Below are positions 9,377 through 17,098 of a stretch of DNA of 64,000 bases, piece by piece; the stretch's first letter is position 1; the number at the start of each line of letters is the position of its first letter. The notes under the pieces are model-generated. The model was not told the origin of the DNA. It was given only the letters and a program-made list of their open reading frames with translations, and did not search any database. The position numbers and the translations under genes are program-made. The stretch is from an uncultured Pseudomonadota bacterium (GTDB lineage: Bacteria > Myxococcota_A > UBA796 > CAJQPC01), in NCBI GenBank assembly GCA_913060515.1, contig CAJXRZ010000019.1:19857-83856 (forward strand), given 5' to 3'.

Positions 9377-10327
9377 ATGGCGGTCGTAGAGGTAAAGGGC
9401 CTGGAGAAGCGCTACGGCGACCACGCCGCTCTGGGTGGGGTCAACTTTGAGATCCACGCGGGCGAGGTCGTCGGATTCCTGGGGCCCAACGGCGCCGGCA
9501 AGTCCACGACGATGAAGATTCTCACGGGCTTCATCACGGCCACCGCTGGCTCGGCCGTGGTCGCTGGAGTGGACGTGCTGGAGGATCCGGTGCGCGCCCG
9601 AGGCCATTTGGGCTACTTGCCCGAGGCCAGTCCGGTCTACCCCGACATGCGCGTGATGGAGTACCTGGAGTTCGTCTCCAACGTGCGCGGCTTGGCGGCC
9701 GCCGAGGGCGCAGCTGCCGTGGAGCGGGCCATTGGGCGCTGCGGTCTGAACGAGCGCCGTCAGCAGGTCATCGGCACCCTCTCCAAGGGCTACAAGCAGC
9801 GCGTCGGGATCGCCCAAGCCATCCTTCACGATCCGGACATCTTGATTCTGGACGAGCCCACCTCGGGCTTGGACCCCAACCAGATCATGGACATTCGGGC
9901 CTTGATCCGTGAGATCGGGGCCAAGAAGACCGTCATCCTGAGCACCCACATTCTGGGTGAGGTTCAGGCCACCTGTGACCGGGTGCTGATCATCAACGAG
10001 GGCCTGATCGTGGCCGACGGTCCCACCGAAGAGGTGACGCGGGCGAGCTCGGGCGACCTGGTGCACTTGAGCTTGGCGCCCGGAAAGGTGGTTCAGGAGA
10101 CGGCGCGCATCATCGAGGAGATCTCCCAGATCGCCGGCGTGGAGAGCGTTCGCCACGTGACGGGCCATGCGGAGGTCGAAGGTCAGCTCGATCTTCAGAT
10201 CCACGGACAAGGCGAGCTTCGTCCGGAGCTTTTCCACACGGCGGTTCGCTTGGGCTGCGTGATCCTGGAGTTGCGCCAAGAGCGCCGCAACCTGGAAGAG
10301 GTCTTTCGGCAGCTCACTCGGGCTTGA
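9377..10327 (+). CDS. ABC transporter ATP-binding protein (GldA-like)
   Basis: GPNGAGKST, LSKGYKQRVGIAQA, ILDEPTSGLDP, ILSTH. Confidence 0.93.
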   Translation: MAVVEVKGLEKRYGDHAALGGVNFEIHAGEVVGFLGPNGAGKSTTMKILTGFITATAGSAVVAGVDVLEDPVRARGHLGYLPEASPVYPDMRVMEYLEFVSNVRGLAAAEGAAAVERAIGRCGLNERRQQVIGTLSKGYKQRVGIAQAILHDPDILILDEPTSGLDPNQIMDIRALIREIGAKKTVILSTHILGEVQATCDRVLIINEGLIVADGPTEEVTRASSGDLVHLSLAPGKVVQETARIIEEISQIAGVESVRHVTGHAEVEGQLDLQIHGQGELRPELFHTAVRLGCVILELRQERRNLEEVFRQLTRA

Positions 10328-10328
10328 T

Positions 10329-11219
10329 TCAGACGATGCAGTCCAGCTCCATCGCGCGGGCTTGGGAGACGATGCGCTTCATCTTGTCGGTGTTGAGTCC
10401 GAGCAGCCGTCTGGCGCCGTTGACCTGAGTTCTGTCCTCGCAGAACTGCGCTCCCTGGGGTCCGCGCAGGCCCAAGTTCAGGTGCTCGGCCACCACGCCT
10501 GCGACCAAGAGGGTGGCGATGGTCGGGTTTGGGACCTTGGCGACGCTGACCTGGTGGTGATGCCGAATCACGGAGACGATCTCTCCCGGCAAGTCCCAGG
10601 TCTGGCCAACCCGGGCGCCCAGGGTTTCGTGTGATTCCAGCGCCGCTGCCCAAGCCGTATTCAGGGGTGGTGGGGACTCGCCGCGGGGGACCTGTGCCAG
10701 CACCATCAGCGCAGTCGCCATGCCCAAGTCGGCCAACAGGGCGCACATGCTGGCCTGAGGCTGCGAGAAGCGGCTCTGGCGATTGACCGCATGGCAGAGG
10801 TTGGAGCGCACCTGGGCAAAGCGCATGATCTCGGTGACCTGAGGCTCAAAGCCGGGGGCACGGAAGACCTTCATGCGCAGGCTGATCTGCAAGACCAAGT
10901 CTCGCAGTCCGTTGATCCCCATGCGGACGGCGGCCTCTCTCAAGCTCTGGACAGGTCGTGTGCCGTAGATCGGGCTGCGGGCGCGGGCCAGTAGCTGTGC
11001 GGCGAGGGTCGCGTCGGTCTCGACGACGGCGAGGATCTCTGCGGCCTCTACCCGGGGGTTGTTGGTCAGCCGCAGAACTTCAAGGGCGGCTTTGGGGAGG
11101 GTTGGTGCCTTAAAGTTTGGCTTGGCCAACTCGGACTCCAGGCGCTCTACACAGCGGCCAACGGGGTCGTCGATCTCAACGAATCCCAGGCCGTAGTTGG
11201 CGTCCATATTGGTGCTCAT
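10329..11219 (-). CDS. Stand-alone HDOD domain protein
   Basis: PTLPKAALEVL, ETDATLAAQLL..ARSPIYG, SLREAAVRMG, LLADLG, W.LP.EIV.VIRHHH. Confidence 0.88.
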   Translation of the reverse strand: MSTNMDANYGLGFVEIDDPVGRCVERLESELAKPNFKAPTLPKAALEVLRLTNNPRVEAAEILAVVETDATLAAQLLARARSPIYGTRPVQSLREAAVRMGINGLRDLVLQISLRMKVFRAPGFEPQVTEIMRFAQVRSNLCHAVNRQSRFSQPQASMCALLADLGMATALMVLAQVPRGESPPPLNTAWAAALESHETLGARVGQTWDLPGEIVSVIRHHHQVSVAKVPNPTIATLLVAGVVAEHLNLGLRGPQGAQFCEDRTQVNGARRLLGLNTDKMKRIVSQARAMELDCIV

Positions 11220-11244
11220 GTCGCCTCCGTTTAAGTAGATCGGC

Positions 11245-11958
11245 TCAGATGGGACTCCTCATGAGGCTGATGAGGCCCGGAATGCTGGCCAAGATCAGGG
11301 GTAGGACGACTCCTGTGATTTGCAGGGCAAGGTGGCGCTGCGGAAGCACACCAACGGCCAGAAGGCTGCAGCCGATGAGTGGCAGGAAGGGCAGCGCCTC
11401 GGAATAAGCGCACGCGGCAGCAAGGATGCCCGTGAGCGCCAAGAGTGCGCCTCGGTTCAGGGCAGCATGGCCTCGCAGGCAGAGGGTGACCCCTCCGATG
11501 ACCAGAGCCTCTATGCCCAGGCGCATGGAGCAGTTCAGGGCCAACACGATCCCTACACCAATCCCCAAGAGCGGGACCACCCAAGGCCGATGTGGGCGCT
11601 GGACCAAGACATCGCTCCCGAGCAGTGCGATGCCGGCGAGGGTGCCGATCGCCAGGCTCTCCAACAGGGTGGAGCGACCCCAGAGGCTCTGGAGTCCGAA
11701 GCCCAAGGTCAAGGCCGCGCTCAGAGCCAAGGTGGCCACAGCCCAGCGCTTTGGCGCCAGCATGGGGAGCAAGAGCACGGGGGTGAGCACCATTCGGTAG
11801 TCGAAGGCGCTGTGGGGAGGAACGCTTGGAAGTCCCAAGAGAATGCTTCCAGCAACGACCCAACCCAGCCAGCCGCTCATTGCGATGGCCCGATTGCCCA
11901 AACGAGGCCCGGCCACCACCAATGCGATGGCCAAGGGCAGCAGCAGGGCCAAGCGCAT
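11245..11958 (-). CDS. Multi-pass membrane protein, unknown function
   Basis: Almost entirely hydrophobic helices; TGATG overlap with YceI gene. Confidence 0.7.
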   Translation of the reverse strand: MRLALLLPLAIALVVAGPRLGNRAIAMSGWLGWVVAGSILLGLPSVPPHSAFDYRMVLTPVLLLPMLAPKRWAVATLALSAALTLGFGLQSLWGRSTLLESLAIGTLAGIALLGSDVLVQRPHRPWVVPLLGIGVGIVLALNCSMRLGIEALVIGGVTLCLRGHAALNRGALLALTGILAAACAYSEALPFLPLIGCSLLAVGVLPQRHLALQITGVVLPLILASIPGLISLMRSPI

Positions 11959-12527
11959 CAGAGCTTCTTCTTGGTTCCCTCAATGGCGATGGTCATCGCG
12001 ATCTCGTCGCCGATTCCGTCTTCGTTGTAGAAGCCGAAGTCGGAGCGCTTGACCTGGAACTCTGTCTCAAAGCCGTAGCGGTAGCCGCCCCAGGGGTCCT
12101 TGCCCTCGCCGGCCTTGGTGATGTCCACGGTGATTGGCTTGGTCACGCCGTGGAGGGTCAACTCCCCGGTCGCGGTCCAGACGCCCTCGCCCTTGGCTTC
12201 GATCTGCGTGGCCTTGAAGCTGACCGTCTGGAACTCGCCTGCGTTCAGGAAGTCCGGGCTACGCAGGTGCTTGTCGCGCTTCTCGTTGTTGGTGTCGACG
12301 GACTCCGCCTTGACGGTGATGTCGATGGCGGTGGGGTTGCCCTGCTCGTCCACCTCGAAGGTTCCTTCAAAGTCGTTGAAGCGGCCCCAGGTGTAGCCAG
12401 CGCCGAAGTGAAGGGCCTTGAAGAGCACGGCGGAGTGAGAGGTGTCTACTTTGTAGTCGTCGGCGGCAAATGCCACGGCCGGCAGGAGAAGAGCAGTGAG
12501 AGCTGAAGCGGCAATGAGACGGCGCAT
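11958..12527 (-). CDS. YceI family lipid/polyisoprenoid-binding protein
   Basis: YKVDTSHSAVLF, GRFNDFEG, SVDTNNEKRDKHLRSPDF, GELTLHGVTKPI, RSDFG; signal peptide from ATG 12527. Confidence 0.93.
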   Translation of the reverse strand: MRRLIAASALTALLLPAVAFAADDYKVDTSHSAVLFKALHFGAGYTWGRFNDFEGTFEVDEQGNPTAIDITVKAESVDTNNEKRDKHLRSPDFLNAGEFQTVSFKATQIEAKGEGVWTATGELTLHGVTKPITVDITKAGEGKDPWGGYRYGFETEFQVKRSDFGFYNEDGIGDEIAMTIAIEGTKKKL

Positions 12528-12637
12528 GTGGCCTCCTGTTTGTTTCGAAGATGATGGTAATGCCCCCGGGCTGGTCTGTATTCCCTGTTTATTGGAACAA
12601 TGCATTCCGAGGCCGCGCGTCAGTTATGCTGTGCGGC

Positions 12638-12931
12638 ATGGAACAACTCGCTGAGGCCTTCATTGGCATGGCCGCTGTGCTTGGGGTCTTTGGGTCCCCG
12701 ACCGTGATGGTCGCCTTTTTTCTGAGCCACCGCCGCCAGATGAAGGAGCTGGACATCCGCCAGATCGAGGCGCAGACCAAGCTGGCCAAGGCACAGGGCA
12801 TGGTGGACCTGCCCGAATACATCGATAGCGACGATCCGCTGGCGGTGTCTGCTTACCGGCGCGCCAAGGAAGAGACGCTGCGCTCTTCGGCCAAGCACGC
12901 CGCAGCGAGCAGGCAGGGCAAGCAGGTCTAG
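12638..12931 (+). CDS. Small membrane-anchored hypothetical protein
   Basis: One N-terminal TM helix then charged helix; start at 12626 or 12638. Confidence 0.6.
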   Translation: MEQLAEAFIGMAAVLGVFGSPTVMVAFFLSHRRQMKELDIRQIEAQTKLAKAQGMVDLPEYIDSDDPLAVSAYRRAKEETLRSSAKHAAASRQGKQV

Positions 12932-12938
12932 CTGTTCG

Positions 12939-13463
12939 CTATTCCGCTGAGTCGATGCTCAGCAGGGCATCCTTGAGGGCGTTGAACTGGTTGTTCTGCC
13001 CCAGATCTTGGTTCGTCAGGTTGAAGACCCCGACGATGCTTCCCTCTGGATCAACGAGCACCACGTCTCTGTATTCCACGCCCCACTGAGACCAGACGGC
13101 GTCCTCCTCGGTGTCCTGTAGCCAAGGCAGATCGCGGCCGTCGGTGAAGACGTCATTGCTTCCCGCCTTGCCCAGCTCGTTCACGCCGATGATGGCGATG
13201 GAGTCGGGCAGCTCAGCTTGCATCTGGTCCAGGTAGCCAAACTGGCTACTGCAGTAGGGTCACGTTGCGTGACCGAAGTACCAGGCCGAGACCCGGTCCA
13301 GATACTGAGAGGGCGCCACCAAGCTCTCAAAGCTCGCGCTGGTGCTGTTGACGTCCTCCAACTCAAAGCCGGGCGCAAGGGCACCCTCTCCCAGTGGGGA
13401 GGGGCTCAGAACTGCGAGGGGATCAGCGTCGGGGGTGGCGCAGGCCAAGGCGAGTAGGAGCAT
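12939..13463 (-). CDS. Selenocysteine-containing thioredoxin-fold (AhpC/TSA, TlpA-like) lipoprotein, UPYC motif
   Basis: Track ORFs 13260..13463 and 12939..13223 are in one frame separated by a single TGA; read-through gives WYFGHAT-U-PYCSSQF (UxxC), APGFELEDVN upstream and RDVVLVDPEG downstream; 174 aa. Confidence 0.85.
13230..13251 (-). promoter_or_regulatory. Putative bacterial SECIS element
   Basis: mRNA CA-GUAGCC-AGUUU-GGCUAC-C-UG: 6-bp stem starting 11 nt after the UGA, GU-containing loop, lower stem with a bulged base. Confidence 0.65.
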
Positions 13464-13472
13464 GGGGCTCTC

Positions 13473-14237
13473 TTAATCCAGAGTATCGAAGAAGTCTTTG
13501 AGCAGGGAGCCGTCCCAGCTCTCGTTTGGACCGTGACCCATGCCCTCTACGACATGGAGGGTGCTCTGCAGGCCCAGCCCTTCCATGCGTGTCTGGGCAT
13601 CGCGGGCAGCGTCCACCCAGCCGCTGTCCTCGGAGCCGGCGATGTGGTGTACCGGAACGCACGCCAAGGATGCGACCAGCTCCTCGTCTGTCTCTGATTC
13701 GAAGGTGCCGGGCAGGCCGGTCAAGCTTCGGAAGGGCGCCGGGGTGTCCACGGCCAAGGGGTAGGCCACGCGGCCTCCCGAGGAGTGACCGATCAGGTGG
13801 ACTTGGCTGGAGTCGTGGTCAAAGCAACCCTGGAAGGCCGCCAGACTGTCCAAGGCCACTTGGCCGCGATCGCTTCCTGCGCCGCTGGTGTGGGGCACGA
13901 TGACCCAGTAGTCCTGCAACCCGGGCATCATGGCGATCCACGAGAAGTAGTTGTTCGTGGCGCTGCCAATGTCCGCTGGGCCGCCGGGAAGGAAGACCAA
14001 GACGGGCAGGATCTGATCGGGATCCTCGGGCACGCTGAGAATGTAGCTGCCCTTCTCGCCGTCTACCTCGACGAGCCCTTCCTTGAGCTCGGGACACGTC
14101 TCCACGGGCTCCGTGGCTAAGGGAACAGGAGCGGGACAACCCTCTTCGGTCTCGCCGGTCTCAGCGAGGCTGTCTTGGGTGTCGATGGGGTCGGCGTCGC
14201 CGCCGGAACAGGCCAGTAGTAGAAGCAGCATGTCCAA
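13473..14237 (-). CDS. Alpha/beta hydrolase (esterase-like) lipoprotein
   Basis: LLLLLAC lipobox; nucleophile elbow GHSSGG; GSED acid and GMGH His. Confidence 0.85.
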   Translation of the reverse strand: MDMLLLLLACSGGDADPIDTQDSLAETGETEEGCPAPVPLATEPVETCPELKEGLVEVDGEKGSYILSVPEDPDQILPVLVFLPGGPADIGSATNNYFSWIAMMPGLQDYWVIVPHTSGAGSDRGQVALDSLAAFQGCFDHDSSQVHLIGHSSGGRVAYPLAVDTPAPFRSLTGLPGTFESETDEELVASLACVPVHHIAGSEDSGWVDAARDAQTRMEGLGLQSTLHVVEGMGHGPNESWDGSLLKDFFDTLD

Positions 14238-14266
14238 GGATTAGCACCGGGGGTTAGCCTTCGCAG

Positions 14267-15910
14267 GTGAAACGCCTGCTTCCCATGCTGCCGTGGCTCT
14301 TTGCCCCCTTGGTGCAGCTGCCTTTCGCCTACGCCGCGGTGGTGCAGCCCGAGCTCTGGCGTGTGGTCGTGGAGTTCGCTGCGTTTTGGGTGCTGGGCGC
14401 CTTGCAGCTGCGCTTTGCGCCAGAGGGATTCGCCCGCTCTCCTCTGGCCCCGGCTGCCCTGTTGCTCTTGGGAGCAGCCTGGCTGCATGTGCCTGCGGGC
14501 CTGGTCATGGGCTTTGCCGCAGTGCTGGGTCTGCTGCTCTTGGGCGTGGTGGCGCTGCGGGTTCTTGAGCCGGTCTCCCGGTGGTGGGTGGGTTTGCTGG
14601 TGCTGCCCTTCGGGGCCATGGGCCAGCGCTTGGTGGTGCTCTCCGCCAGCTACGTCGGAAATCCCGTCGCGGAGATCAGCAAAGAGCTGCGCGGCTTTGT
14701 GACCCCCCGAACCCAGGCCACCAGTCAGGGCCCGCTGATCCTGTTGGTCACGGTGGACACTCTGCGCTGGGACAAGGCCCAGGACATGGAGAGTGTGCAG
14801 CGAATCGCAGCGGGCGGGGGCTATTGGCCGCGGGCGATGGCGACCTCGAGCTGGACCTTGCCGAGCTTGGCCTCGTTGATGACGGGGTTGCCACCAAGCG
14901 AGCACGGGGCTGGTGCCTCAGGCCTGGGGTATCAATCGGTCAACGCCGAGGTTCCTCTCCTGGCCGAAGAGCTGCGTGAGCAGGGCTACGCGACGGCGGC
15001 CTTTGGAGCGAACCCCTTTGCCTCCAGCTCAACGGGGCTGGAGCGCGGCTTTGACGACTTCTTCCACGTCAACGAGCGCGCGGCCCATCGCCTGACTTTT
15101 GGCGGCCGGCCGGTGCATGCCAACAACTACTGGGCTGGGGAGGGCCTGGTGGACCGGGCCGTGCAGACCCTCCAAGACGCGCCGGAGCGGGGCACCTTTG
15201 TGTGGGTTCACCTGCTCGATGTGCACTTGCCTCACCGTCACGCGCCGGCCCAGAGCTCCGTCTCGGGTTGGCGACGCTCGGACTACATGAACGCGGGCAT
15301 CGTCAGCCCGCAGCATCGTGCCGACACCATCGAGGGCTACCAAGCTGAGGTGGACTACGTCGATCAGCAAGTCTTGCGATTGCTCGATGCTCTGGCCGAG
15401 CGGGGATTGGAGCAGGAGGCGGTGATCCTCTTCACCGCGGACCATGGCGAGGAGCTCTGGGATCACGGCGACTTTGAACATGGCCACGCCCACGCCGGCG
15501 AGGTCATCGATGTGCCTCTGGCGCTTCGCCATCCCAACTTTGTGGGCACCGGTCCAGGGGTGGCCAGCTTGGTGGATGTGGCCCCGACGCTGCGCGCGGC
15601 CGCCGGGCTCGCCCCAAAGGGCCTGGACTTGGCCCAAGGGATCCCCGCCGAACGCATCGCGGTGGCAGTGGGCAACAAATACGTGGCCCACGCTGCCAGC
15701 GCCCGTCAGGGCAGCCGTCGGGTGGTCCAGCCCAGTGAGGGGGCCGCTTGGTGGGTGGACTTGGCTGTTGATCCACAGGGCTTGGAGCGCATGGTGCCTT
15801 CCGCGTCCGATCCCCTCCTTGAGGTCCTCGGTCAGGTCGACCTAAAGCAGGGCGGGTCCGCGGCCGAGGTTGACTTGGAGGCTTTGCGTGCCCTTGGCTA
15901 TGTAGAGTAG
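14267..15910 (+). CDS. Membrane-anchored sulfatase-like (alkaline phosphatase superfamily) enzyme
   Basis: N-terminal TM helices; VTVDTLRWD, SSWTLPSLASLMTG, HLLDVHLP, FTADHGEE, C-terminal LRALGY. Confidence 0.85.
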   Translation: MKRLLPMLPWLFAPLVQLPFAYAAVVQPELWRVVVEFAAFWVLGALQLRFAPEGFARSPLAPAALLLLGAAWLHVPAGLVMGFAAVLGLLLLGVVALRVLEPVSRWWVGLLVLPFGAMGQRLVVLSASYVGNPVAEISKELRGFVTPRTQATSQGPLILLVTVDTLRWDKAQDMESVQRIAAGGGYWPRAMATSSWTLPSLASLMTGLPPSEHGAGASGLGYQSVNAEVPLLAEELREQGYATAAFGANPFASSSTGLERGFDDFFHVNERAAHRLTFGGRPVHANNYWAGEGLVDRAVQTLQDAPERGTFVWVHLLDVHLPHRHAPAQSSVSGWRRSDYMNAGIVSPQHRADTIEGYQAEVDYVDQQVLRLLDALAERGLEQEAVILFTADHGEELWDHGDFEHGHAHAGEVIDVPLALRHPNFVGTGPGVASLVDVAPTLRAAAGLAPKGLDLAQGIPAERIAVAVGNKYVAHAASARQGSRRVVQPSEGAAWWVDLAVDPQGLERMVPSASDPLLEVLGQVDLKQGGSAAEVDLEALRALGYVE

Positions 15911-15949
15911 CGGTTCGTAGATCTCCTGATTCCACAGAACCAAGCTAGG

Positions 15950-17098
15950 CTGGAGCCGCCCATCGACGATCTGGTCAAAGACGAAGGTTTTCGTTTCGCG
16001 CTCGAGGCCAGCCCGGTGGCGATGGTGGTGGTGGACTCGGAGGGGCTGCTGCTCTTTGCGACCCGCAAGGCGCGCCTGCTCTTTCGAGACGAGGCCTTGG
16101 TGGGCAAGTGCGTGGAGGACTTGATCGTGCCGGAGCTCCGGCAGAAGCATCACGAGCATCGAGAGGGCTTCGCGACCCGGCCAAGGTACCGAGAGATGGG
16201 CAGGGGTCGGGAGATGGAGGCCCAGAGAGCCGACGGCAGTCGCTTTCCGGTGGAGATCGGACTGAACCCTGTGGAGCGGAACGGAACGGCGGTTGTGCTC
16301 TGTTCTATTGCCGACATCACAGAGCGTCTGGCGGTCGTCGAGGAGCGAGAGGCGATGCTCAAGCAAGGGCTCCAGCAGGAGCGGCTGCACAGCCTGGGAT
16401 TGCTCGCTGGCGGGATCGCCCACGACTTCAACAACCTGCTGCTCGGCATCATGGGGAATGTACAGATCGCCCTCGAGATGGCGGAGGCCGAATCTCTGGC
16501 TGCCGAGTGTTTGCAGGATGCCAAGGATGCGAGCCAGCAGGCGGCTGACCTGGCCTCCCAGTTGACCGAATTTGCCGGTCGGGGCGATCTGCGGCTTCGG
16601 GAGATGGACCTGAGCACGGCCACCAATCAGATGGCTGGGATGCTTCGAGAGCTCGTGCCGGAGCACGTGACGGTTCACTTGGATCTCGCTGCAGGACTGC
16701 CGCCTGTACACGCCGACCAGATCAAGGTTCGTCAGGTCGTGATGAACCTGATCTCCAATGCCGTGCAGGCGGTCGGTGAGCAGCCAGGCCATGTCTGGAT
16801 CAGCTGCGGTCAGCGCGATGTCGTCCCCAGAGAGCCGGCGGTGCAGGGCACGGAGTTGGAACCCGGTCGCTATGCCTTCGTGGAGGTCCGAGATTCGGGT
16901 TGCGGCATGCCCGCGGAGACCATTGAGCGCATGTTTGAGCCCTTCTTCACCACCAAGAGCAACGGCCACGGCTTGGGACTCGCAGCCACGATGGGAATCG
17001 TGCGAAGTCACGGGGGTGGGCTGAGGGTCAAGAGCACGGAGGGGCTGGGAACCACCATCACCTTGCTCCTGCCCTTTGCAGATCAGCCTCTGGGGTGA
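15950..17098 (+). CDS. PAS-domain sensor histidine kinase
   Basis: PAS (FRFALEASPVAMVVVD, RADGSRFPVEIGLNP), H-box GIAHDFNNLL, NLISNAVQA, DSGCG, FFTTK..GHGLGL; PAS helix lies upstream of track start 16016, so start extended to CTG 15950 (start uncertain). Confidence 0.88.
   Translation: MEPPIDDLVKDEGFRFALEASPVAMVVVDSEGLLLFATRKARLLFRDEALVGKCVEDLIVPELRQKHHEHREGFATRPRYREMGRGREMEAQRADGSRFPVEIGLNPVERNGTAVVLCSIADITERLAVVEEREAMLKQGLQQERLHSLGLLAGGIAHDFNNLLLGIMGNVQIALEMAEAESLAAECLQDAKDASQQAADLASQLTEFAGRGDLRLREMDLSTATNQMAGMLRELVPEHVTVHLDLAAGLPPVHADQIKVRQVVMNLISNAVQAVGEQPGHVWISCGQRDVVPREPAVQGTELEPGRYAFVEVRDSGCGMPAETIERMFEPFFTTKSNGHGLGLAATMGIVRSHGGGLRVKSTEGLGTTITLLLPFADQPLG

Noticed and set aside
13260-13262. 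TGA reassigned to Trp or Gly (codes 4/25)
   Set aside because: Many conserved genes here end at TGA (e.g. 4779, 6647, 10327) and Trp is encoded by TGG
15908-15910. TAG read-through fusing the sulfatase-like enzyme to the PAS kinase (same frame)
   Set aside because: LRALGY.. is the usual C-terminus of this enzyme group; no pyrrolysine evidence; in-frame adjacency occurs by chance one time in three
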